From Patescibacteria group bacterium (GTDB lineage: Bacteria; Patescibacteriota; Patescibacteriia; 2-01-FULL-39-33): a stretch of 32,000 nt of DNA. The DNA is taken from contig JBAZMW010000002.1 of assembly GCA_041649575.1 (NCBI GenBank), positions 180,001-212,000 on the forward strand. Reading direction: 5' to 3'. This document shows positions 24,613-32,000 of this stretch, piece after piece (the stretch's first letter is position 1; every line of letters begins with the position of its first letter). The notes below the pieces were generated by a model that was not told the DNA's origin, searched no databases, and saw nothing but the letters and a program-made list of their open reading frames with translations. A program made the position numbers and the translations under genes.

Positions 24613-25740
24613 TTAATAAGGTATTATTTCACTATTTTTAATCTGATAAAGAATAAAATGTGCATTTTTTCTGTCATTGTTCTTATCGAAGCTAATTTCG
24701 CCGCCAGCTCCAGAGTAATTAATATTTTTTAGAGACTCTACTGCCTGACTCATGTCCATATTATTTTTTCCAGCTGCTTCGGCCAAGATATAGATGTCAT
24801 CGTACATGCCGATACAGGCGTTTTGCTGGGGACAATCGGCGCCGTATTTTTCTTTGTAAGTGTCTAATAAATTTTTTACTGAAACGATATTTTCTATGGC
24901 AAAATCAGTACTAATAGCCCCATCTAAATAATTTTTATATTTTGAATTTAAATCGGCCGAATGCATAATTGCCTCATTTACTAACAAAGTTTTAGGTCGA
25001 AAATTAATTTCTTTTGCCTCCTTCAAAACTTTATCACCAGAAGTTGGGCTTTGAACGCTCATTAATAAAACATCGGGGTTAGCGTTTTTGAGTTTTAAAA
25101 GTGGGGTGCGGACATCGGTGGCATCCGTTGTAAAGCCCTCGCTTACAATTTTTACTTCCTTATTTTCAAGATTTTTTTCCAGCATCAATTTCATGCCTTT
25201 AGCGTAATCCGTTTCTTCATAGATAATCGCAATTTTTCTTAAATTATTATTAACAATATATTCTCCAAATAAGCGAGCCCCGTCAGCATCAGAAGCATAA
25301 TTTCTAAAAACCGAGGGAGAAACCCCGGTCACCTTAACCGAGCTCACAACTGTGGCAATTAAGATCTGATCTGACTTTAATAAAGGCGCGATTCCTAATA
25401 CTGTTCCACTACAGGCCACGGAAGAAAAAAGCTTTAGGCCGTTTACATTTGAAAGTTGTTGAAAGGCTGAAATGGCCGCTTGAGGGGCGCATTGATGGTC
25501 TTGATAATTAATTTCTATTTTGTGTCCATTTATTCCGCCTTTGGCATTTATTTCCTCTACAGCGATTTCAGCCGCTTTTTGCGCTGAGTCGCCATAAATA
25601 GCTGCTCCTCCGGTCAAAGGTAATAAAGCCCCGATTTTGATAGTTTCTTTATTGTTTTTGCTAATATTGCTCAGGCTGCAACCGGCCGTGGCCACGACAA
25701 TTAACGCCAAAATGATGATGAATAGGGATTTTCTTTTCAT
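24613..25740 (-). CDS. Liv-type substrate-binding lipoprotein (paralog 3)
   Basis: Lipobox VATAGC; IKIGALLPLTGGAAIYGDSAQKAAEIAVEEINAKGGINGHKIEINYQDHQCAPQAAISAF. Confidence 0.9.
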   Translation of the reverse strand: MKRKSLFIIILALIVVATAGCSLSNISKNNKETIKIGALLPLTGGAAIYGDSAQKAAEIAVEEINAKGGINGHKIEINYQDHQCAPQAAISAFQQLSNVNGLKLFSSVACSGTVLGIAPLLKSDQILIATVVSSVKVTGVSPSVFRNYASDADGARLFGEYIVNNNLRKIAIIYEETDYAKGMKLMLEKNLENKEVKIVSEGFTTDATDVRTPLLKLKNANPDVLLMSVQSPTSGDKVLKEAKEINFRPKTLLVNEAIMHSADLNSKYKNYLDGAISTDFAIENIVSVKNLLDTYKEKYGADCPQQNACIGMYDDIYILAEAAGKNNMDMSQAVESLKNINYSGAGGEISFDKNNDRKNAHFILYQIKNSEIIPY

Positions 25741-25763
25741 GATTTTACTATATTATTATTATA

Positions 25764-26501
25764 TTAACTCCCCAGATACGCCTCTAATACCAGCTTATTC
25801 TCCCTTATATCTTTGGGCTTGCCTTCGGCAATAACTTTTCCTGCGTCCATAACAATTATATAATCTGCCACCGTAAAAGTAAAATTCATATCATGTTCAA
25901 TCAGTAGGACAGTCTCGCCCTGTTTTTTTAAGTCCTTTAGGATGCTTTTAATACGGTCGCGCAACACCGGATTTACTCCGGCTACCGGTTCGTCCAGGAT
26001 GAGCAGCTGATGCGGATTGAGGATCGCTCGCGCTAGCTCCACCAGCCGTTTCTGTCCGTAGCTTAATTCTCCGCAAAGATGCTTGGGCGATTTATCCAAG
26101 CCAATCAGATCCAGGACATCTTGGATTTTTTTCTTTTTTTTCGAGCCGTAATAATTCAGGCCCAAAAGATTTTTGGCAAACTTCATGTCTTCATTGTCAA
26201 GAGCAATGGATAAGTTTTCTTCTATGCTTAAGTTATTAAATAAATGCGCTTGCTGGAAAACACGGGATAGGCCCAGATTGGAAATTTTGTCAGGTGATAG
26301 GTTGGTGATATTTTTTCCAGCTAAAACTATCTCGCCGCTTTCGGCTTTTAAAATGCCGGAAATTAAGTTAAAGATGGTGGTTTTACCGCTACCGTTGGGA
26401 CCAATGAGCGCCGTGATTTGATTTTGGCCAATCTCAAAACTGCAGTCGTCGACCGCATGCACCCCGCCAAAATATTTTTTTAAGTGTTGAATTTTGAGCA
26501 T
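25764..26501 (-). CDS. livG: Branched-chain amino-acid-type ABC transporter ATP-binding protein LivG
   Basis: LKIQHLKKYFGGVHAVDDCSFEIGQNQITALIGPNGSGKTTIFNLISG; ARAILNPHQLLILDEPVAGVNP; LLIEHDMNFTFTVADYIIVMDAGKVIAEG. Confidence 0.92.
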   Translation of the reverse strand: MLKIQHLKKYFGGVHAVDDCSFEIGQNQITALIGPNGSGKTTIFNLISGILKAESGEIVLAGKNITNLSPDKISNLGLSRVFQQAHLFNNLSIEENLSIALDNEDMKFAKNLLGLNYYGSKKKKKIQDVLDLIGLDKSPKHLCGELSYGQKRLVELARAILNPHQLLILDEPVAGVNPVLRDRIKSILKDLKKQGETVLLIEHDMNFTFTVADYIIVMDAGKVIAEGKPKDIRENKLVLEAYLGS

Positions 26502-26506
26502 TATTA

Positions 26507-27613
26507 TTAATACAGCACGAATTGGCCGTCTTTTATTATTTTAATGACTATCGGCTTGATGGCATCGCCATTGCTGTCGAAAGTGGTGGAACCGGACACG
26601 CCAGAATAATCTTTTATTTTATACAAGCCGTCTTTAATGCAGGTTGAGTCCACTGTTGGGCAGCTTTCTTTAATAATTTTGGCCAAAATTATTAAAGAAT
26701 CGTAGCCCTGCGCGGCAAAAATATTGGGGTCTTTACCGAATCTATTCTTATACAGATCCCAAAATTCTTGATTTGTTTCTCGTTTAAAATCAGAAGCAGC
26801 GAAGATGATGCCTTCGGCCAAGGGCCCGACCGCAGAAAGAAATTTGCTATCGGTCACTGTATTGTCAGAAATTATCTGGGCATTAATTCCCATTTCTTTT
26901 ATTTGCTTAATAATAAGAGCGACCTCCGGCATTAGGGCCCCGACATAAACTACTTGAGGATTTTTTTCTTTGATTTTTATGAGCTGGGATCGAAAATCGG
27001 TGGAGTTTTTTTGATATGATTGGCGTTCGACAATGACGCCCCCGTCTTTTTGAAAGGAATCAGTGAAGGTCTTCTCACCGATTACATAAGCATCGCTTGA
27101 CTGGTCGAAGATGGTAGCCGCTGTTTTATATTTTTGGGCCACAAATTCAGCCATTTTCTTTTGTTCGGTGCTTTCTAGGATGTGATTTCTAAAAATATAA
27201 TCCCCTGCTTGGCTAATTGAATCGGCCGCTGAAGCCGGGGTCAAGATAATCATCTTGGCTTTTTCGGCCAGTGGGGCGATAGCCAAAGTGCTTTGAGAGC
27301 AGACCGGACCAATGATTATTTTGGCGCCCTTAATGGCGGTAGAGTTATAAGCGTTTATAGCTTCCTTGGGGTCGCATTTTTCGTCTTCAAGCAATAAGTC
27401 TATTTTAAGACCAGAGAGAGCTGTTTTTTCGTTAGCTAATACAATGCCATCTTTTATGTCATCACCCAGGGAAGCCATGTTTCCGCTAAGCGGCAGAATT
27501 ACGCCGATTTTTATTGTTTGATTTTGGTGAAGTTTTTTGCTGGAGACAAAAATTGCAACTGCAATAATCGCCAGCACAATGATAATTACTATGAGCCAAA
27601 ATTTTGTCTTCAT
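26507..27613 (-). CDS. Liv-type substrate-binding protein (paralog 4)
   Basis: IKIGVILPLSGNMASLGDDIKDGIVLANEK...EDEKCDPKEAINAYNS...GPVCSQSTLAIAPLAE. Confidence 0.9.
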   Translation of the reverse strand: MKTKFWLIVIIIVLAIIAVAIFVSSKKLHQNQTIKIGVILPLSGNMASLGDDIKDGIVLANEKTALSGLKIDLLLEDEKCDPKEAINAYNSTAIKGAKIIIGPVCSQSTLAIAPLAEKAKMIILTPASAADSISQAGDYIFRNHILESTEQKKMAEFVAQKYKTAATIFDQSSDAYVIGEKTFTDSFQKDGGVIVERQSYQKNSTDFRSQLIKIKEKNPQVVYVGALMPEVALIIKQIKEMGINAQIISDNTVTDSKFLSAVGPLAEGIIFAASDFKRETNQEFWDLYKNRFGKDPNIFAAQGYDSLIILAKIIKESCPTVDSTCIKDGLYKIKDYSGVSGSTTFDSNGDAIKPIVIKIIKDGQFVLY

Positions 27614-27630
27614 AAAATTTTGTATTTTAG

Positions 27631-28503
27631 TTATTCCAATTTAACTTTGCCAAAAAAACCCGTTGGTTTGAAGATCAAGATTAGTATAAGGATTAGGGCA
27701 TAAATTATCTGTCGGGCCGGGCCGACAATCGACGAAGGAAAACCGATGAACCTCAGTGGTTCCGGCAATAAGATCAAAATAATCGCGGCAATAATTGTGC
27801 CCCTCAGCGAAGCCAGGCCGGCAATAATTACAATAGCCAAAACAGGAATCAACTGCATGATAGTAAATGAGGAGGGATCGATAAAAGTAACATAATGCGC
27901 GTACAAACTACCGGCAATACCGGCAAAAAAAGCCGAGGTCGCCAAAGAATAACTTTTTAGCTTGAAAGTATTTTTGCCCAGCACTTGCGCGGCCAACTCA
28001 TCATCTCGGACAGCTTGAAGCGCTTTGCCAAATGGCGATCGGGTAATTTGTTTGATTATTAGGTAAGTAATGAGCGCAATAGCTATGGTCAAAAATAAAA
28101 AATTAAAATTACTACTGAAGTCCAGGCCGAATAAATTCGGTTTGGGTATGCCGGGTAGTCCCAGCGGTCCGCGAGTCAAATCAGTCCAATTGAGAGCCAC
28201 GGCATAAACTACAAAAGTAAAGCCCATGGTAGCCAGAGCCAGATAGTCCCCTTTCAGCTTGTGGGTGGGTATGGCCAGTAGATGGCCGAAAGCCATAGCC
28301 AACAAGCAGGCGCATAAAATACAAAGCCAAAAGGGGCAGCCAGCTAGAGCCAGCAAGGCCGAAGTATAAGCGCCGATGGCATAGAAAGCGATATGGCCGA
28401 GATTAAGCAAACCGGAAAAACCCATGGCCAATTGCAAAGACATGGCCAGAATGAGATAGATGCCGATTAAAATTAGGAGATGAATAATATAAGCAGAAAG
28501 CAT
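27631..28503 (-). CDS. livM: Branched-chain amino-acid-type ABC permease LivM
   Basis: LAMSLQLAMGFSGLLNLGHIAFYAIGAYTSALLA; GKALQAVRDDELAAQVLGKNTFKLKSYSLATSAFFAGIAGSLYA. Confidence 0.92.
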   Translation of the reverse strand: MLSAYIIHLLILIGIYLILAMSLQLAMGFSGLLNLGHIAFYAIGAYTSALLALAGCPFWLCILCACLLAMAFGHLLAIPTHKLKGDYLALATMGFTFVVYAVALNWTDLTRGPLGLPGIPKPNLFGLDFSSNFNFLFLTIAIALITYLIIKQITRSPFGKALQAVRDDELAAQVLGKNTFKLKSYSLATSAFFAGIAGSLYAHYVTFIDPSSFTIMQLIPVLAIVIIAGLASLRGTIIAAIILILLPEPLRFIGFPSSIVGPARQIIYALILILILIFKPTGFFGKVKLE

Positions 28504-28506
28504 AGA

Positions 28507-29373
28507 TTATTTTCTTTTAAGACCTAGGATGCCATGAGGCATGAAAAGCAAAAAAATAAATAAGATTACAAAAGCGATGGCGTCCTTGTAGCCCGAAGGT
28601 AAATACCAGATGCCAAAATTTTCAGCCAAGCCCAACAAAAAAGAGCCCAAAACGGCTCCAGGTACGCTGCCGATACCGCCGATAATGGCGGCGGTAAAAC
28701 CCTTGATCACCAGATTGGTACCCATGGTCGGCTCCAGATTTTGCTCCAGCCCGATCAGTATGCCGCCAATGCCGGCAATGGCCGAGCCGATAATAAAACT
28801 CCAAGAATAAATTTTTTCAGCCGGTATGCCCACCACTTCGGCTACTTCTTTGTTGTCTGAGACGGCTCTCATAGCCTTGCCTAGGCGGGTGGTTTTCATC
28901 AGTAGGAATAATAGGACAAATAAGACCAGGGCGACGGCGATAATAACTATTTGCAAGGGAGTGATGACGGCGCCAAAAAATTGCCAGCCTTCGGCTATCT
29001 CAATGAAGTCAATGGTTTTGACGTCAGCGCCGAAGAACATCAAGATCAGCGATTCCAATAGAATCAAAACAGCAAAGCCGGTGACCAGCAGGATCACCGG
29101 ACTGGTTTTTCTATTTCTAAGCGGCTTATAGACTATTAGATTAATCAACCAGCCCAAAAAGGCGGCGAAGGCCACGGCCAAAATAATCGCCAGCCAGAAA
29201 TTAACGCCAAGATTAGAAAATAGCAGATAGGCAATATAGACAGAAAAAGTGACAACAGCGCCGTGGGCAAAATGAATGAATTTGCAGGTGGAATAAATCA
29301 GTGAAAAGCCGGAAGCGACCAGCGCGTAGATGGCGCCGGCAATTAAGCCGTTAATTAACAATTGTAAAAACAT
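28507..29373 (-). CDS. livH: Branched-chain amino-acid-type ABC permease LivH
   Basis: LLINGLIAGAIYALVASGFSLIYSTCKFIHFAHGAVVTF; TRLGKAMRAVSDNKEVAEVVGIPAEKIYSWSFIIGSAIAGIGGILIG. Confidence 0.93.
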   Translation of the reverse strand: MFLQLLINGLIAGAIYALVASGFSLIYSTCKFIHFAHGAVVTFSVYIAYLLFSNLGVNFWLAIILAVAFAAFLGWLINLIVYKPLRNRKTSPVILLVTGFAVLILLESLILMFFGADVKTIDFIEIAEGWQFFGAVITPLQIVIIAVALVLFVLLFLLMKTTRLGKAMRAVSDNKEVAEVVGIPAEKIYSWSFIIGSAIAGIGGILIGLEQNLEPTMGTNLVIKGFTAAIIGGIGSVPGAVLGSFLLGLAENFGIWYLPSGYKDAIAFVILFIFLLFMPHGILGLKRK

Positions 29374-29437
29374 TTACGACTAGTTGTTTATTAATTCAAT
29401 CTTCTTATTTATACCATAATTTGGCTTTTAAAACAAC

Positions 29438-29463
29438 AAAATCGGCGCATTTAAGCCGATTTT
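29438..29463 (-). terminator. Hairpin terminator between the radical SAM gene and livH
   Basis: AAAATCGGC...GCCGATTTT, T-rich following on the minus strand. Confidence 0.75.
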
Positions 29464-29487
29464 GATAATTACGCTTGATGATTTTAA

Positions 29488-30903
29488 CTAATCTTTTTTG
29501 GCCAGAACCTCTTCCCAATAGGGATCGGTGATTGATTTTAATTCCGCGTCAAATTCATAGATTTCTTCATGATATTTTTCGTCGTTAAGAGCGGCGGCCG
29601 CAGCCTCGTCTTCGGGCAAAACATGGCAGGCTCGGGCAATATCCATAAACTCCCGATGATGGTCTCTGATCAGGCAGGGCCGCAATAAATTTGCGCCCGG
29701 CTTGTCTTTTTTAAGATATTTTTCTTGCCAGTCGCGTCCTTTGACGAAGAAGTCAGAAAACAGCGCATCAGCGATCTTTTTGCCCTCGCCATAAACCTTT
29801 CTGACATTGTCTTTGTAGTAGGGAATGAAAACGCAAGGCATGATATTAGCATTCCAGTCGATATAAAAATAACTTTTACCGCAAGAAATACAACCCTCGC
29901 TCATCTCCGCGCTATTCCAGAAATCGGCCACAAACCAATTTTTTTCTCTGATGAGCTGGCGCCATTTTTTATACAATTCAAATCGGGCACCAGGACTAAG
30001 CATTAACTTGGTGTTAAATTCACGACCAATGGGCATATATTGGAACATCCACATGTAACTGGCTCCCTGCTGGTCAAAATAATAGGTATAAAAATCGTCA
30101 TTTAAAAGCAATTTGGCGTTTTTGCTGGTAGCCGTAACCGAAACCCCAAAAGGCGCCTGGGCCTGACGTAAATTTGCCAAAGACTTAAGAACGACCTGGT
30201 GAATTCCCGCTCCCCGGCGTTCGTCTGTTTCCTTTTCTAGCCCCTCAACGGAAACCGCTGGCGTAATATTGCCTAATTCTGCCATCTGTTTGGCAACGTC
30301 TTCGGTAATCAGCGTGCCATTAGTGTACATCAAGAAAAAGCTGTCCGGCCAAGCTTTAGGCAAATCCAAAATATTTTTACCCTCGCTCTGATACATCAGC
30401 GGCTCGCCGCCGGAAATGACAAAAAATCTCATGCCCATCTCGTCATGGAACTCATGCATCATTTTGTCAATCAGGCTCCATTCCAAGGTTTCGCTGTTGT
30501 CGGCGCCGGAAGAGGCATAACAGCCAATGCATTTCAAATTGCATTTCTTGGTCGGACTGATTACCACCAACGGCGGTGGCGTGGTGCCGTATTTTTCTTT
30601 GTAAACTTTAACGATTTTTAATCTTTCATCGTTATCGATCATTGCTCCTTTGACCAGGGTTTCGACGGCGCGAGTGGCAAATCGTTTGGAAATAACTCCG
30701 CGATTAATGTTTTTCACGGCAGTCACCAGTAATGATTTAACGCCGTAATAACGATCCAACCGCACTTCCCTAGAAAATTTCTTCTCATCGGTGACCATGG
30801 CTTTGTAAAGCTGCTTGTCGATTTGTTTGGTGACAAGATACCGGGTTAACCGGTTGCTCATCGCCAATTGGCCCAGCTTGATGATCAGATCCTCTTTTTT
30901 CAT
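29488..30903 (-). CDS. Radical SAM protein with SPASM-like C-terminal cysteines
   Basis: ISPTKKCNLKCIGCYASS; FFVISGGEPLMY; later CISCGKSYFYIDWNANIMPCVFIPYY and additional C-terminal Cys. Confidence 0.88.
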   Translation of the reverse strand: MKKEDLIIKLGQLAMSNRLTRYLVTKQIDKQLYKAMVTDEKKFSREVRLDRYYGVKSLLVTAVKNINRGVISKRFATRAVETLVKGAMIDNDERLKIVKVYKEKYGTTPPPLVVISPTKKCNLKCIGCYASSGADNSETLEWSLIDKMMHEFHDEMGMRFFVISGGEPLMYQSEGKNILDLPKAWPDSFFLMYTNGTLITEDVAKQMAELGNITPAVSVEGLEKETDERRGAGIHQVVLKSLANLRQAQAPFGVSVTATSKNAKLLLNDDFYTYYFDQQGASYMWMFQYMPIGREFNTKLMLSPGARFELYKKWRQLIREKNWFVADFWNSAEMSEGCISCGKSYFYIDWNANIMPCVFIPYYKDNVRKVYGEGKKIADALFSDFFVKGRDWQEKYLKKDKPGANLLRPCLIRDHHREFMDIARACHVLPEDEAAAAALNDEKYHEEIYEFDAELKSITDPYWEEVLAKKD

Positions 30904-31039
30904 AGGTTTTACTCTTTTATAATGGCGGCGGCCAAGCTGATATTACTCGACTTAAGCTGCCGTTTTTATTTATTAGGTTATCTCTTATTATATTACAAAT
31001 TATTTTATAAATAAACAGCCTGAAAGTCAAATTAAAAAA

Positions 31040-31072
31040 CAAAAGAATAGCTGGTAAACTGCCATTCTTTTG
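31040..31072 (-). terminator. Terminator downstream of tRNA-Gln
   Basis: Minus strand CAAAAGAATGGC-AGTTTACCA-GCTATTCTTTTG then TTTTTT. Confidence 0.75.
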
Positions 31073-31105
31073 TTTCTGATTAAATTATGGCTTTTCCGCC
31101 CAAAA

Positions 31106-31176
31106 CTGGGAGACTAGGAATCGAACCTAGATTAAAGGCTTCAAAGGCCTCTGTCCTACCATTAGACGATCTCCCA
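31106..31176 (-). tRNA. tRNA-Gln (anticodon TTG)
   Basis: Cloverleaf folded by hand: acceptor TGGGAGA/TCTCCCA, D arm GTCT-AATGGTA-GGAC, anticodon arm GAGGC-CTTTGAA-GCCTT (TTG), T arm CTAGG-TTCGATT-CCTAG; CCA not encoded. Confidence 0.93.
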
Positions 31177-31241
31177 ATTCTGGGCGGAATTAGCGACGGC
31201 CACCGCCTTTGATTTATAAACCAACCCGAAGGCTTTGGTAA

Positions 31242-31361
31242 TTAATGGCCGTGCTTATACTTCCCTACTCTTTCGTTTTTCACCACCCGCTTCATCTTTT
31301 TGGTTTTCCACTTCAATTTGGGAACCTTGACTCTCGGGTCGCGTTTTTTCTTTTTTGGCAT
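31242..31361 (-). CDS. Tiny highly basic protein, 39 aa
   Basis: Hand translation MPKKKKRDPRVKVPKLKWKTKKMKRVVKNERVGKYKHGH*; below the ORF-track cutoff. Confidence 0.45.
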   Translation of the reverse strand: MPKKKKRDPRVKVPKLKWKTKKMKRVVKNERVGKYKHGH

Positions 31362-31437
31362 AAAATTTAAATTTAAAAATCCTCTCTTTTTGAGACGAAA
31401 ATATATTATAACAAATATTTTTTATTTAAGCAAATCC

Positions 31438-31998
31438 TTAAGATCTTAGATATCTGCCCAAAGCCAGCGAACTGCTGATGATGTTTAAAATCGTGATGCC
31501 CACCAGTTGCAGACCGAAAATTATCAAGAAATGTTCATTGAAATATTTCGTCACATCAAAATCAACGCCTTCAAAAAAACTGGCCAAATGCGGCTGCAGG
31601 AGCGCCAGAAAAGAATAAGTGACTATTATCGCCAGCAGACAAGCCAGGATGCCTGAAAAAATGTTTTCTAGGATAAACGGCGATCGCACAAACCAATTAC
31701 TGGCTCCAACCAGTTTCATAATGCCGACTTCGTTACGATGGGTAAAGATAGCGATGCGCACCGTATTAAAGACGATTAACGCGGCAATAATCACAAAAAT
31801 AATACTGATAACCAGTCCGCCCCGCCTGATATTATTGGCAATGGTATTAATTCGATTGATCACCAATTGATGGTCGTTGTAGTTTTTTTCCTCGACTAGT
31901 TCGCTGTAAGCGGGATTATCAATGGCTTTCAAAACCTCCGGATAGCTTTCCAGGTCTTTGGCTTTTATGATCAGTGTCGCCCCTAGTGGATTGCCGGC
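31438..31998 (-). CDS. ftsX: Cell-division ABC permease FtsX, C-terminal part (5' end outside window)
   Basis: Frame remains open to the window edge; IFVIIAALIVFNTVRIAIFTHRNEVGIMKLVGASNWFVRSPFILENI is FtsX-like. Confidence 0.9.
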   Translation of the reverse strand, partial: AGNPLGATLIIKAKDLESYPEVLKAIDNPAYSELVEEKNYNDHQLVINRINTIANNIRRGGLVISIIFVIIAALIVFNTVRIAIFTHRNEVGIMKLVGASNWFVRSPFILENIFSGILACLLAIIVTYSFLALLQPHLASFFEGVDFDVTKYFNEHFLIIFGLQLVGITILNIISSSLALGRYLRS

Positions 31999-32000
31999 CA

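Noticed and set aside
28610-29131. Small plus ORFs inside livH (28610..28810, 28826..29131) and similar shadow ORFs in the Liv genes
   Set aside because: Antisense or overlapping frames of clearly conserved permease and receptor genes without their own signals.
1-32000. Alternative genetic code (TGA=Gly as in some CPR lineages)
   Set aside because: Several genes end at TGA at the expected family length (for example the Xer gene and the zinc-ribbon ORF), so code 11 fits.
1-32000. CRISPR-Cas, defence islands, retrons, toxin-antitoxin pairs
   Set aside because: No repeat-spacer arrays, Cas, reverse transcriptase, nuclease or obvious toxin-antitoxin motifs were seen in the translated frames or by eye.

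Overview
The window looks like a chromosomal segment of a small-genome, Patescibacteria/CPR-like bacterium using genetic code 11 (TGA is used as a stop). Lineage is inferred from gene style only. Contents left to right: 3' part of serS; a high-GC minus-strand ORF; ftsQ-like; Xer recombinase; an 11-Cys mini-protein; an M23 peptidase with coiled coil; a small Zn-ribbon ORF; gltX; a WecG/TagA/CpsF glycosyltransferase interrupted in frame by two palindromic repeat insertions; a membrane protein. Next comes an unusual 8.5-10.25 kb block of consecutive promoter/terminator units with strongly structured putative RNAs, tiny ORFs, one secreted protein and two perfect DnaA-box matches. Then a radical SAM (AmmeMemoRadiSam-type) enzyme, a cell-surface repeat protein, a Memo/LigB-like protein, def, fmt, and a five-gene polysaccharide cluster (flippase, three GT2, polymerase). 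The right third is a complete LivFGHM-type ABC transporter locus with four different substrate-binding proteins and a TrmB-like regulator, followed by a radical SAM/SPASM protein, tRNA-Gln(TTG), a tiny basic ORF and partial ftsX. The best candidates for something undescribed are the structured-RNA/small-ORF block, the multi-receptor Liv locus, and the in-frame repeat insertions. No homology or folding search was run; product names come from recognising motifs in the translations.
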